Assembly (NCBI GenBank): GCA_964587725.1
Contig: CAZPLO010000001.1
Coordinates: 64,001 to 128,000, forward strand
DNA from: an uncultured archaeon
Lineage (GTDB): Archaea; Altiarchaeota; Altiarchaeia; IMC4; SCGC-AAA252-I15
Reading direction: 5' to 3'
Length of the DNA stretch: 64,000 nt
Shown one piece after another: positions 42,010-51,628 of this stretch. Positions within the stretch are counted from its first letter, which is position 1. Each line of letters opens with the position of its first letter. The translations under genes were made by a program, and so were the position numbers. The notes beneath the pieces were generated by a model. The model was not told where the DNA came from. It was given only the letters and a program-made list of their open reading frames with translations, and made no database searches.

Positions 42010-42264
42010 CTATATCATTCCGAAGAAGTATAACACCACCAGAGCCCCTATCCCAGGTATCCCGAATAATCCGCACACCAGCACGGTTGCTATGTTGATT
42101 GGTATGCCCAAGCACAGGTAGGTGTTGAGGAACCAGAGTATCAGCAGGCCGGCGACGCCGTTCAACAACAGCATGGTGGCTTTCGCCAGCGCCTTCTTCA
42201 GCAGACCCCAACCCAACGCTACCACGACCAACAGGAGTATGGCGGCTGCGATGTAGGGTATCAT
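42010..42264 (-). CDS. BofA-like small membrane protein
   Basis: LLNGVAGL..LN..IPIN..GLFGIPG. Confidence 0.75.
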   Translation of the reverse strand: MIPYIAAAILLLVVVALGWGLLKKALAKATMLLLNGVAGLLILWFLNTYLCLGIPINIATVLVCGLFGIPGIGALVVLYFFGMI

Positions 42265-42267
42265 GGT

Positions 42268-42948
42268 TTATGCGAGTATTTTCTCGTTCGGATACAAGGT
42301 GATGCCTCCTTCGCCGAGTCGGTACACCATCTCCTGGGTGGTGTGGTCTGTGCCGCGCATCTTGAACACTTCGAGTGTGCGGACGCGTTCCTGCCCGACC
42401 TTCCGGTAGTAGAGTCGGAAGATGCTGTCCACCAGGTATTCTATGCCGAACCGGGCCTGCCCGTCGTCAACTTCACTGGTCACTAGCACGGTGGCGCCCC
42501 ACCGCTCCATTATCTCGAACAACGTCATCAACGCGTTCCGCTGGGAGGTTTCCGCATTGTACGGCAGCATCAGGGCGGTGACACTGTCCACCACCACCCG
42601 TTTCACATCGTATTCTTTGAAGTATTGTTCGAAGCTGACGACGCCCTGGTCGAGGAAACTCCTTATCTCGGGCACGGACGTCTTATGGAACACCAGTTTC
42701 TTATCCTCCTCAAGTGAGGCGAGGTCGAAGCCGAACCGGCTCATGTTGTCGTAGAACTTGTTCTTCTGCTCCTCCACGCTCACATACAACCCCGGCTCCC
42801 CGGCCGCAGCCCCCGCGGACAGGAAGTGTGTGGCGAACGTGCTCTTCCCGCACCCCGCCTCACCCGACACCAGATTCACAGTCCCCTCTTTTAAACCACC
42901 CTCAACCAACTCATCCAAACCCGATATACCAGTCGACAAACGCGCCAT
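42268..42948 (-). CDS. KaiC/RAD55-like ATPase
   Basis: STGISGLD, GEAGCGKS, SVEE, VVDS, KMRGT. Confidence 0.9.
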   Translation of the reverse strand: MARLSTGISGLDELVEGGLKEGTVNLVSGEAGCGKSTFATHFLSAGAAAGEPGLYVSVEEQKNKFYDNMSRFGFDLASLEEDKKLVFHKTSVPEIRSFLDQGVVSFEQYFKEYDVKRVVVDSVTALMLPYNAETSQRNALMTLFEIMERWGATVLVTSEVDDGQARFGIEYLVDSIFRLYYRKVGQERVRTLEVFKMRGTDHTTQEMVYRLGEGGITLYPNEKILA

Positions 42949-42986
42949 AAAAAAAACATGGGAACGAGACTAAAAAAAGAAGCCAG

Positions 42987-43059
42987 TGGGACCGCCGAGA
43001 TTCGAACTCGAGTCACTAGCTCCCAAAGCTAGAAGGATACCAAGCTACCCCACGGTCCC
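42987..43059 (-). tRNA. tRNA-Pro(UGG)
   Basis: GGGACCG/CGGTCCC acceptor; CTAGC-TTTGGGA-GCTAG anticodon arm; GTTCGAATC. Confidence 0.95.
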
Positions 43060-43178
43060 GTATGGGCGGATAAATATAAGAGCGTCACAGGTTAAAAGAA
43101 TTCATATCACGCCCAGAGGGGCTAAGCGACCGAAGGGAGCGCACGCCCCTCCCTGGTGCGAGCTGACAGTTTTCAGCT

Positions 43179-44087
43179 CTACCAGTGTTTCGGTATCTGT
43201 ATCTTCATGAAGTCTTCCGCTACGACTGTGTTGGGGAATATTGTCTGCGCTTCCTCCAAGAGTTTTTGGGTATCGGTGTAGCGTTGGCTTATGTGTGTGA
43301 TGGCGAGTTGTTTCACGCCCGCTTTCTTGGCTACTTCGGCTGCCTGTGCGGTGGTGCTGTGTGCCGCGTCTTTTGTTGCGTCGGCGTCTTCGGCGCTGAA
43401 CATGGCTTCGTGGATGAGGAGGTCCGCGTCTTTGGCGAGTACTATCACTGCCTTGCAGGGTCTGGTGTCGCCGGTGTAAACCAGTTTTCGGCCTTCGATG
43501 GGGGGGTCCAGGACCATGTCTGGTGTGACTGTTTTCCCGTTGACCTTCACGGGTTTCCCTTCCGCTAGTTTCGTGAACAGGGGCCCGACGGGGACGCCGA
43601 GTTCTATGGCTTGGGGGCGGTTGAATTTGCGGTGTGGATCTTCTGTGAAGCAATAGGCGAAGCTGCCGCGGGTGTGGACTGTAGGCGCTGCCGTGACGAT
43701 GTATCTGTCTCCTCTGAAGACCTCCCCCTCCCCTATTTCATGCACTTTCACCGTGAGGTAGTCGAGTTTGAATGTTCCTATGGTGAGGAGTTTCTCCATG
43801 GCGTCCTCCATGCCGGGCGGCCCGTACACGTTCAGCGGCGTCTCCCTCTCCAGGAAGTCCATGCTCTGTATCATGCCTCCTAGGCCGAGGAAGTGGTCTG
43901 CGTGCAGGTGGGTTATGAATATGTTGCCGAGGTTCATGAAGTTGAGGCCCGCGAAACGCATCTGCCGCTGGGTTCCTTCCCCGCAGTCGAAGAGCATATG
44001 CTCTCCGAGATAGTCGAGGTGCACCGCGCTCAGCCCGCGTTTGTCAGTTGGAATACAACCTGAAGTGCCCAGGAACGTGACCTCCAT
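43179..44087 (-). CDS. rnz: Ribonuclease Z
   Basis: FLGTSG, DCGEGTQ, THLHADH, YTGDT, HEA, HST, THISQRY. Confidence 0.95.
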   Translation of the reverse strand: MEVTFLGTSGCIPTDKRGLSAVHLDYLGEHMLFDCGEGTQRQMRFAGLNFMNLGNIFITHLHADHFLGLGGMIQSMDFLERETPLNVYGPPGMEDAMEKLLTIGTFKLDYLTVKVHEIGEGEVFRGDRYIVTAAPTVHTRGSFAYCFTEDPHRKFNRPQAIELGVPVGPLFTKLAEGKPVKVNGKTVTPDMVLDPPIEGRKLVYTGDTRPCKAVIVLAKDADLLIHEAMFSAEDADATKDAAHSTTAQAAEVAKKAGVKQLAITHISQRYTDTQKLLEEAQTIFPNTVVAEDFMKIQIPKHW

Positions 44088-44137
44088 GTGGGATGATAGG
44101 GAGTCAGGATTTAAGTCCTTACTACAGTATACTATGG

Positions 44138-44794
44138 ATGGATTTGGGTTTGCGGTGCGAGTTCCACACCCACACGTTCTACAGCGACGGGGTGTTGAGT
44201 CCTGTGGAACTGGTGAGACGAGCGTATGTGCTCGGCGACAGGTGTATTGCTTTGACGGATCATGTGGACGTCACCAACATCGAGCATGTGCTGGAGAATC
44301 AGCTGAAGATTAGGGGTAGAGTAGACTGGGATATCCGGGTGTTGGTGGGTGTGGAGTTGACTCACACCCCCGTCTCACAGATACCGGAGATGGTTGAGTT
44401 AGCGCGTAAGCTGGGCGCCGAAATCGTGGTCGGCCACGGGGAAAGCCCGGTGGAGCCGGTGGAGGAAGGCAGCAACCGAGCGTATATTGAGGCGGGCGTC
44501 GACATACTCGCTCACCCCGGCGCGTTGACTGTTGAGGATGCGGGGTTGGCTGCTGAAAACGCTGTGTTTCTGGAGCTGACTTCCAGGAGGGGGCACATGG
44601 AAGGCAACCGGGCGGTTGCGGAGGCTGCGTTGGATGCGGGCGCTTTGCTGTTGGTTGACACAGACGCCCATTCGCCGGATGATTTGATTACGCAGGAGCA
44701 GGCGTACCAGGTTGCTTTGGATGCGGGACTAGACGACAAGGACGCGTTGACGGCTGTTAGAGACAACTGCGACAGACTGTTGGAGCGGCTATAG
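44138..44794 (+). CDS. PHP-family histidinol-phosphatase-like protein
   Basis: HTHTFYSDG, TDH, GVELTH, HGE, TDAH. Confidence 0.85.
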   Translation: MDLGLRCEFHTHTFYSDGVLSPVELVRRAYVLGDRCIALTDHVDVTNIEHVLENQLKIRGRVDWDIRVLVGVELTHTPVSQIPEMVELARKLGAEIVVGHGESPVEPVEEGSNRAYIEAGVDILAHPGALTVEDAGLAAENAVFLELTSRRGHMEGNRAVAEAALDAGALLLVDTDAHSPDDLITQEQAYQVALDAGLDDKDALTAVRDNCDRLLERL

Positions 44795-46051
44795 GCGTTT
44801 CTCCACGCTTTTCCTGTGTTCGGTCAGGCCTTCGGTTTCAGCAAGTATAGATATTGTAGTGCCTAACTTTTCCAGTCCTTCCCGGGTTATCTTCTGCACG
44901 CTCATGGACTTCAGGTATTCCCTCACCGACAGCTGGCTGCTGAATCGCGCCGCACCGCCGGTGGGGAGCACGTGGTTTCCGCCCGACGCGTAGTCTCCCG
45001 CCGCCACTGGACTGTATGGCCCGATGAATAGTGCGCCAGCATTACGGATTTTCTTAGAGTCCTTCTCCGCGTTCTTCGTCATAATCTCAATGTGTTCGGG
45101 GGCGTAGTCGTTCGCGAACGCCAGAGACTCATCCACGGATTTAGTTTTAATTATTGTAAAATTTTCAAGGCTTTTTGAAATTATTTCAATTTTCTTTGAA
45201 ATTCCGGCTTCCTTTTTCACTTCCTCCGTCACGGAGCCCGTGAGCTCGGCAGAATCCGTAACCAGCACGCACTGCGCGCTGGGATCGTGCTCCGCCTGCG
45301 CAAGCACGTCGGCGGCTATGAACTCCTGGTCGGCCGAGTCGTCCGCGACTATGAGTACTTCACTGGGGCCGGCGGGCATGTCCACGTCCACTGTCCCGTA
45401 CACGAGCATCTTGGCGACAGTCACGTACTTGTTCCCCGGCCCCACAATCTTGTGAACAGGTTTTATTGATTCCGTCCCGTATGCGAGTGCGGCAACCGCT
45501 TGGGCGCCGCCCACGGAATATATTTCATCCACACCAGCTATCTTGCACGCTGCCAGAACTGAATCTTTTACCTCCGGCGGCGACACCACCACAACCCGTT
45601 CCACACCCGCTATCTTGGCCGGGGCCACGGTCATCAACACCGTTGAGGGGTATGCGGCGCGGCCTCCAGGGACGTAGCAGCCTACGCTCTCCAGGGGCAT
45701 AATCCGCTCGCCCACCGTCACACCTTCTTCCACCATGTACTCCCACTCGTCTTCCATGCCCTGCAACTGCATCTCATGGAAGGATTTGACGTTGGAGTGA
45801 GCGTGCTTCAACGCCTTCACCACGGCGTCGTCGGTGCGGGAATATGCCTCCTCCACCTGCTTAGTCGATACCTGAAGTTTTTTCAATTCAACGCCGTCGA
45901 ATTTGAGGGTGTACTCAAACAACGCCCTGTCGCCGCGGGAGCGGACGCCTTCGACTATCTCTTTGACGTCGTCGAGTATGGCGGCGTAGTCGACGGCCGA
46001 ACGCTCCAGAACCGGCTTTAAATCGTCTCCGCCGTATTCCAGAACCCTCAT
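44789..46051 (-). CDS. hisD: Histidinol dehydrogenase
   Basis: [45 protein letters not shown]. Confidence 0.97.
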   Translation of the reverse strand: MRVLEYGGDDLKPVLERSAVDYAAILDDVKEIVEGVRSRGDRALFEYTLKFDGVELKKLQVSTKQVEEAYSRTDDAVVKALKHAHSNVKSFHEMQLQGMEDEWEYMVEEGVTVGERIMPLESVGCYVPGGRAAYPSTVLMTVAPAKIAGVERVVVVSPPEVKDSVLAACKIAGVDEIYSVGGAQAVAALAYGTESIKPVHKIVGPGNKYVTVAKMLVYGTVDVDMPAGPSEVLIVADDSADQEFIAADVLAQAEHDPSAQCVLVTDSAELTGSVTEEVKKEAGISKKIEIISKSLENFTIIKTKSVDESLAFANDYAPEHIEIMTKNAEKDSKKIRNAGALFIGPYSPVAAGDYASGGNHVLPTGGAARFSSQLSVREYLKSMSVQKITREGLEKLGTTISILAETEGLTEHRKSVEKRL

Positions 46052-46073
46052 CGAGTAAGTATTCCCCGACAGC

Positions 46074-46850
46074 CTATTTAACTCTCACCAGCATGTAAGC
46101 GAGGGGGTTGGCCACCGTCACGTACGTGTAGACCACCGCCTGGATAATGCGGAGGACTATGAACAGTACCACAGACCCTGCAGACATGGTGCCGGAGACT
46201 TCAGTGATAAAAGCAAGCAACAGGGTGGCTGAAACGAGGAACAAGAAAAACAGGTTCAGTTTGAACAGTCCCCCGGCGTGCGCCAACCCCAGCTGCAGGC
46301 TTTTCCTGAAGCTCTCCGAGACGCCTGCCCCGTCCAACACAGCCGACGGTATTATGAAGAACGCGGCCACCGAAAAAGCTAGAGCCAAAGCCACAGCAAA
46401 TGCGGCTGCCAGAAGAGTGAACAACCAATTGCCGGTGACGTACGTCATATACTGTAGGATGCCGGCCGTCGAAGCCGCCAGCACCAGCGCCGCGAACGCC
46501 GCCAGCCCCAAAGCCACAACAACCCTCCAGGCCCGCAGCGCATCCGCCAACGCCTTCCGGAGACTCACCTTTCCCGTGGAACGGAGGTCGAATACCATGC
46601 GCGGATACATGGCGTACGACAGTATGTCAATGAAGTACAGGAGCGGCAGAGCAGACACCAAGAACGCCGACTTCCACACGAGTGCTGACACCTCCGCCGG
46701 CGACCCCATTGACAGAGACTCAGCCGCCAAACCGACAGCATATAGGGTTAATACGGAGTAGAGTGCCGTGGTCGCGAGACGGGGGAGGAATATTCGGGGC
46801 TCCCCCAGCAGAAGACTGAACGCGCCGGAAAGCACTCTACCGGAGTCCAC
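46074..46850 (-). CDS. Polytopic membrane protein
   Basis: About six hydrophobic helices; ESFRKS motif. Confidence 0.65.
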   Translation of the reverse strand: MDSGRVLSGAFSLLLGEPRIFLPRLATTALYSVLTLYAVGLAAESLSMGSPAEVSALVWKSAFLVSALPLLYFIDILSYAMYPRMVFDLRSTGKVSLRKALADALRAWRVVVALGLAAFAALVLAASTAGILQYMTYVTGNWLFTLLAAAFAVALALAFSVAAFFIIPSAVLDGAGVSESFRKSLQLGLAHAGGLFKLNLFFLFLVSATLLLAFITEVSGTMSAGSVVLFIVLRIIQAVVYTYVTVANPLAYMLVRVK

Positions 46851-46894
46851 ACCAGTGTATTGGGTTTTATAAGGTTTTAATCGAATGCGTATAT

Positions 46895-47170
46895 ATGGAA
46901 CAGGGGGAAACCACCCTCGACCTAGTGTTCGGCATAGGCTTCAAGATAGGCTTCTTGGTGATTATCGTCGGCCTTCTGATGTTCTACATGCCCTTGATAG
47001 ACCATACTGTCATGAAGGCGATGGACTACACGGGACTGTGGGACGCGTTCAGAACCCTCCCGGTAGCCATAAAAGTCATACTAGCAGGCACTGCTTTAGC
47101 GAGTGTCGCCGTAATCATGGCAAGCCTCAAGGTCCTGGTCGAGGACCTGGTCGACGGCCTGCTAGGTTGA
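46895..47170 (+). CDS. Small two-TM protein (paralog of the next gene)
   Basis: LVFGIGFKIGFLV..YMPL..VED. Confidence 0.7.
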   Translation: MEQGETTLDLVFGIGFKIGFLVIIVGLLMFYMPLIDHTVMKAMDYTGLWDAFRTLPVAIKVILAGTALASVAVIMASLKVLVEDLVDGLLG

Positions 47171-47180
47171 GGTGTATAAT

Positions 47181-47480
47181 ATGGGCAGATGGGGGAAAGC
47201 ATTCAACCTATTGTTTGGGATAGGCTTCAAGATAGGGTTCCTAGTGGCTGTGGTAGGCCTTATCATGACGTACATGCCGTTGATGGAGGAGGCGGCCAAA
47301 CCGTTTCTGCAGTACATAAGTTTCTACGAGGTGATGGATTCCAATCCCCTGTGGGTGAGGGTGTTCGCCACCGGAGTGATGCTAATGGTCGCGGCAGCCG
47401 GAATCTCCGTAGTCAAAGGCTGGGTGGAGGAGATGGCGGACATACTGTTCGTCGAACGGGAGGACTCAAAACCCAAATAG
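47181..47480 (+). CDS. Small two-TM protein (paralog of the previous gene)
   Basis: LLFGIGFKIGFLV..YMPL..VEE; GAGGTG RBS. Confidence 0.7.
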   Translation: MGRWGKAFNLLFGIGFKIGFLVAVVGLIMTYMPLMEEAAKPFLQYISFYEVMDSNPLWVRVFATGVMLMVAAAGISVVKGWVEEMADILFVEREDSKPK

Positions 47481-47954
47481 TTCACTGTATGTTTCGGTCG
47501 TGGCGGCGTCTTTAACCCCTAGTTTATCCAGCAGTTCAAGTATTCTATCGTGGTCTTCTGGGTTTCTGGACTCCACCTCCACATACTCGCCTAATCCCTT
47601 CACGTCGTCACAGCATACGGTGAGCCCGTCCAGAGCATAGGTTTCCCTGGTCTTCTCTATGGTGAACGCCTCCCCAAAGCCGAGCCTCTGCAGAAGATTG
47701 AATGCGTCCTCCGGCACCGGAAACTCGATTTCCTCCCGCACCTTCAGGTCGGAAGACTGCTTCGGACCCTTGTATGTGATAAGAAGCCGGTCTGTTCGGC
47801 GGAGGCGCAACGCCTCATCCGACTCCTTCAAATCCCTGCAGGGGTGGGTGAAGTACGTGTCCGCATGGTATTCGGATTTAACGTGCTCGGCGCCCAACGC
47901 CTCAACCTTCTCCAACGCCCCCGAGCAGGGCGCCTTCAACTCCACCTCGAACAT
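47466..47954 (-). CDS. cyaB: CYTH-domain protein (class IV adenylate cyclase / triphosphatase)
   Basis: EVELK, DTYF, ALRLR, TYKGPK, REEIE, YVEVE. Confidence 0.85.
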   Translation of the reverse strand: MFEVELKAPCSGALEKVEALGAEHVKSEYHADTYFTHPCRDLKESDEALRLRRTDRLLITYKGPKQSSDLKVREEIEFPVPEDAFNLLQRLGFGEAFTIEKTRETYALDGLTVCCDDVKGLGEYVEVESRNPEDHDRILELLDKLGVKDAATTETYSELFGF

Positions 47955-48595
47955 TATTTCGCCTTCACGTTCACGAGAACATGGTCTTCCTCGTACGGGG
48001 CGAGGTCGACTTCCTGGAGAACACTGAACCTTTCCTTCAGCCTATCCACCTCCCGTCTGAACACCTTCTTCGGATCCCGTGAAGAATCTATGCTCCGCGC
48101 CTTAATCGACAGCATAGCGTTCTTGAACCGGAAGGTGTCGTGGTTGTTCAACAATATGCCGGCCTGGTCTGGCTGCGCAACATCCTGTATAAGCACGTCC
48201 ACTCCCCCGACTGAGCCGTCGTACTCCCAAGGGTGCCGGGCATCCGCCAGCACAGGCACCATATTCCCCTTATGCCGGCATACTGTGAGGAGCTCCCGCA
48301 TCATACGTCTGCTGAACTCCACACAATAGACTGTGCCGGCTATGTCGGCTATGTGGCTGGCTGTGGTGCCGGATGACGCACCCAAGTAGAGCACGGATGA
48401 TCCCGGTTTCACCGGGAAATCCTTCAACCCCTTCTTAAGGGCGGCGGCGACCTTGCTCCTGTACGGATCCCATATCCTGTACTCCCCCCCCTTCTGCCGT
48501 ACAACCTTCTCGCTGTATACGCGGTAGCCGGGGGTGGAGTTTAGCGTAGCCAGTTTTCCTTTCACCAGATACACGCCCGGGAACATCTCCTTCAT
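47954..48595 (-). CDS. flpA: Fibrillarin rRNA/tRNA 2'-O-methyltransferase
   Basis: YRIWDPYRSK, VLYLGASSGTT.SH, DVAQPDQ, IKARSID. Confidence 0.95.
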   Translation of the reverse strand: MKEMFPGVYLVKGKLATLNSTPGYRVYSEKVVRQKGGEYRIWDPYRSKVAAALKKGLKDFPVKPGSSVLYLGASSGTTASHIADIAGTVYCVEFSRRMMRELLTVCRHKGNMVPVLADARHPWEYDGSVGGVDVLIQDVAQPDQAGILLNNHDTFRFKNAMLSIKARSIDSSRDPKKVFRREVDRLKERFSVLQEVDLAPYEEDHVLVNVKAK

Positions 48596-48632
48596 GGAGT
48601 GTATATATTGTTGGGGGAATAAATAGGTTCTG

Positions 48633-49541
48633 ATGAGGGGGCTGACGTACGCGCTTCTGAGCTGCATGTTCCTGGGGCTGCAGCCCATATTCAGCAAAGT
48701 CCTCCTCAACTACATGCCACCCATCGTGTTGACAGCGTTAACGTCCTCCATTGCCGCTGTGCTGCTTATAGTAATATTGGAGGTGAAGGACAAGGTCGAG
48801 GAGATGGAGGACCTTGGCAAGAGAAGGTTTCTGGCCCTTCTGGCTGTGGGATTAGTAAGCGGCGTCCTCGCCCAGCTATTGTACGTTACGGGGCTGATGC
48901 AGTCCACCGCAACCAATGCGGTGCTGCTGACGAGGATGAATTCGCTGCTGATAGCGCTGATGGGGGTGGTGTTTCTGAGGGAGAAGTTCACGCCCCATCA
49001 GCTGGCAGGCTCCGTGGTCATGGTCGCCGGCGTCGTAATAATCGCCACCAAAAACTTCACCGTCTCCGTGCAGCCGACCTACGGGGACGGGCTGCTGCTG
49101 CTGGCGTCGCTGTGCTGGGCGTCCGCCAACATCATAGTGAAGAAGTATCTGTGCAGCCTGCCACCGGAGGTCATCGTCATAGGCCGTCACGGATTCGCCG
49201 GCCTGGTCTTGCTTATGCTAACCGTCGGCCAGGTACCCGATGTCATGAACCCTGAAGTCCTCGCATACCTGGCTGGGCTGGCGGTACTGGTCATCGTGGT
49301 CGGCCAGTGGCTGTGGTACTACGCCCTCGAGCACGTTGACGTGAGCAGCGTCGGCCTCACCTCCCTGACCATACCGTTGTTCGGGGTCGTGTACGCGGTA
49401 ACCCTTCTGGGGGAGGAACTTCTGCCGTATCAGATGCTCGGAGGCTCTCTGATCATCCTGGGGCTGGCGGCCATAGAATTCCACTTCACCACGTTGAAGA
49501 ACATCGAATGCAGGATACGCGGCATCAAACCCCATCACTGA
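48633..49541 (+). CDS. EamA/DMT transporter
   Basis: Ten TM helices in two repeats; FLREK and LLGEEL. Confidence 0.88.
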   Translation: MRGLTYALLSCMFLGLQPIFSKVLLNYMPPIVLTALTSSIAAVLLIVILEVKDKVEEMEDLGKRRFLALLAVGLVSGVLAQLLYVTGLMQSTATNAVLLTRMNSLLIALMGVVFLREKFTPHQLAGSVVMVAGVVIIATKNFTVSVQPTYGDGLLLLASLCWASANIIVKKYLCSLPPEVIVIGRHGFAGLVLLMLTVGQVPDVMNPEVLAYLAGLAVLVIVVGQWLWYYALEHVDVSSVGLTSLTIPLFGVVYAVTLLGEELLPYQMLGGSLIILGLAAIEFHFTTLKNIECRIRGIKPHH

Positions 49542-51190
49542 CGGAGCATCGACTCCACCCGCTGAAGCGTGTCCGCTTCCTCGGGGCCCTTGTCTTCGCG
49601 CACCCTCACCAGCCGGGGGAAACGCAGCGCATACCCTGACGCATACGTGGGGCTTTTCTGTATCTCCTCGTACGCGACCTCGAACACATACTTCGGAGTG
49701 AACTCCATCACCCGGCCCTCTTGCCGGGTAATCAACGGCTGGAACATGTCTGTGAGCTCCTGCAGTTGCTGGTCCGTCAGCCCAGTGGCCATCCGCCCGA
49801 TTTCCAGGAACACTCCGGAGCCGGGGTCGTACACTGAAAGAAGGTAGCTGCCAATCCATTTTGCGCGGCGGCCCTCCCCCCATGTGCCGCCTGTTACAAC
49901 GAGGTCGAGTGACTCCATCACCGGCTTCACCTTGTACATGTATCCTACGCGGCTGCCGGGCTGATACGGGGCGTCCAGGTTCTTAACCATCACCCCCTCA
50001 TGGCCCATCGCCAACGCCCTGCGGTAGAACTTCTCCGCCTCCTTCACATCTGAGGTTACGAGATTATCCGCCAGACGGAACCGGCCCGACTCCCTCACGA
50101 CATCGGACATCAGTTTTCTCCGAGCCCTGAACGTTTCGGAAAGCCTCATCTCGCCGTTGAGGTAGAGCAGGTCGAACAAATTGACTTCCACCGGAATCTC
50201 ATCCGCCATCCTCTTGATGTCGTATTTTCTTTTTATCCGCCTGCTAAGGTTCTGGAACGGAAGAGGCTTCCTGGTTTCCAAGTCGACGGCCACCACCTCA
50301 CCCTCCAGGACCGCTGACTCCGCCTTCACCGACTCGGACGCCCACTCCACCACCTCCGGAAACTGCCGTGTGACTTTCTCCAATCGGCGGGTGAATAGCT
50401 CGATGACATCGTCTTTCTTGTGTATCTGCAGGCGGGCGCCGTCGTATTTCACCTCGAACTCCGCCTCACCAAGCTCTTTAAGAGCCTGCTCCAGCCCATC
50501 AGCCTTTTGCGCGAGCATCACCTTCACCGGACTCCCCACCTCCACGGCGTACTCCGACAGACCCGGTTCACCCTCGCCTTTGGCTGTCAACGCCACGTCA
50601 CCCCAGTCGGGTCGGAGGTTGTAGGCGTGCTCCACCAGAGAGGATTCGACTTCATATGCCTTAGCGACGGCGTCGCGTATGGTGCCGTCTCCGACGCCCA
50701 GACGCAGCTGCCCCAGTATGAGGCGGACTATGTAACGCGAATCCCGGGGGGACGCGTTCGACAGCAGCTCCGTCAAATACGCGAGTTTTTTGTCCTGGCT
50801 GCCCTTGCCGGTGAGGGACGCCATCCGGCCTATGTTTTCTTTTACCTTCTCAACAGTCAAAGTAGATGAAACCAGCGTGGTCTGTGGCTTATTCACCAGT
50901 ATCTTCTCCGCCACAGAGCCTATGTCGCCGGTCTCCCGTATGAGGTCGTTGACCTCGGATTCCGTGACGCCGGACACGGATGCGAGGGCCTTCACCATCA
51001 GCTTGTCAGCTATCCCCAGCTCCATGCTGCTCCACGGCGGAAACGGCGTGCCGCGCATGAACAACAACACAGTAGACAGAATGCCGTCCGGGACCTCCGA
51101 AATAAACTCCGCCACCGCGTCGGTCATCTCCAGGCGTCCGGACATGCCATCCAGGCGGGTGTAGACTTCCGTCAGACGCGAGAACTCCAT
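49535..51190 (-). CDS. lig: ATP-dependent DNA ligase
   Basis: EVKYDGARLQ, EGVMVK, K.KP, LRFPR. Confidence 0.96.
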   Translation of the reverse strand: MEFSRLTEVYTRLDGMSGRLEMTDAVAEFISEVPDGILSTVLLFMRGTPFPPWSSMELGIADKLMVKALASVSGVTESEVNDLIRETGDIGSVAEKILVNKPQTTLVSSTLTVEKVKENIGRMASLTGKGSQDKKLAYLTELLSNASPRDSRYIVRLILGQLRLGVGDGTIRDAVAKAYEVESSLVEHAYNLRPDWGDVALTAKGEGEPGLSEYAVEVGSPVKVMLAQKADGLEQALKELGEAEFEVKYDGARLQIHKKDDVIELFTRRLEKVTRQFPEVVEWASESVKAESAVLEGEVVAVDLETRKPLPFQNLSRRIKRKYDIKRMADEIPVEVNLFDLLYLNGEMRLSETFRARRKLMSDVVRESGRFRLADNLVTSDVKEAEKFYRRALAMGHEGVMVKNLDAPYQPGSRVGYMYKVKPVMESLDLVVTGGTWGEGRRAKWIGSYLLSVYDPGSGVFLEIGRMATGLTDQQLQELTDMFQPLITRQEGRVMEFTPKYVFEVAYEEIQKSPTYASGYALRFPRLVRVREDKGPEEADTLQRVESMLRQ

Positions 51191-51220
51191 CGTAAAATAT
51201 TTACCACACCATATAGTTAT

Positions 51221-51628
51221 ATGAAGGTTGTGGTTGAGACGCCGAAGTGGAGCCTCAGCAAATACCACCACATGGGCGGCGTCTTCGAAGTGGAGTATAA
51301 GACTCCGTTTCCGTGCCTGTTCAACTACGGCTACGTGAAACACACCGTCGGCGACGACGGAAGCCCCATGGACGCGGTGGTGTTAGGAAATAGGGTGTCT
51401 CAGGGAACGGAGGTCGAGGCCGTTGAAGCGGGGACGGTGCACTTCATAGACGACGGACTAGTGGACGACAAAACCGTGGTATCGTCCGACGGCCGGGTGG
51501 GGCTGCTGGACATAATCAAGATACACGTTTTCTTCACAGCATACATGGTGTTCAAGACAATACACTACTACTTGGATGAGGACCGCCTGGCCCGGTGCAG
51601 ATACCTGGGGTTCACTCGGGCTCTATGA
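51221..51628 (+). CDS. ppa: Inorganic pyrophosphatase (short form)
   Basis: VVETPK, FNYGY..T..DDG.PMDAVV, DDG..DDK. Confidence 0.8.
   Translation: MKVVVETPKWSLSKYHHMGGVFEVEYKTPFPCLFNYGYVKHTVGDDGSPMDAVVLGNRVSQGTEVEAVEAGTVHFIDDGLVDDKTVVSSDGRVGLLDIIKIHVFFTAYMVFKTIHYYLDEDRLARCRYLGFTRAL

Noticed and set aside
47466-47954. CYTH protein as evidence of cAMP signalling
   Set aside because: The family is widespread in archaea and often acts as a triphosphatase; housekeeping context
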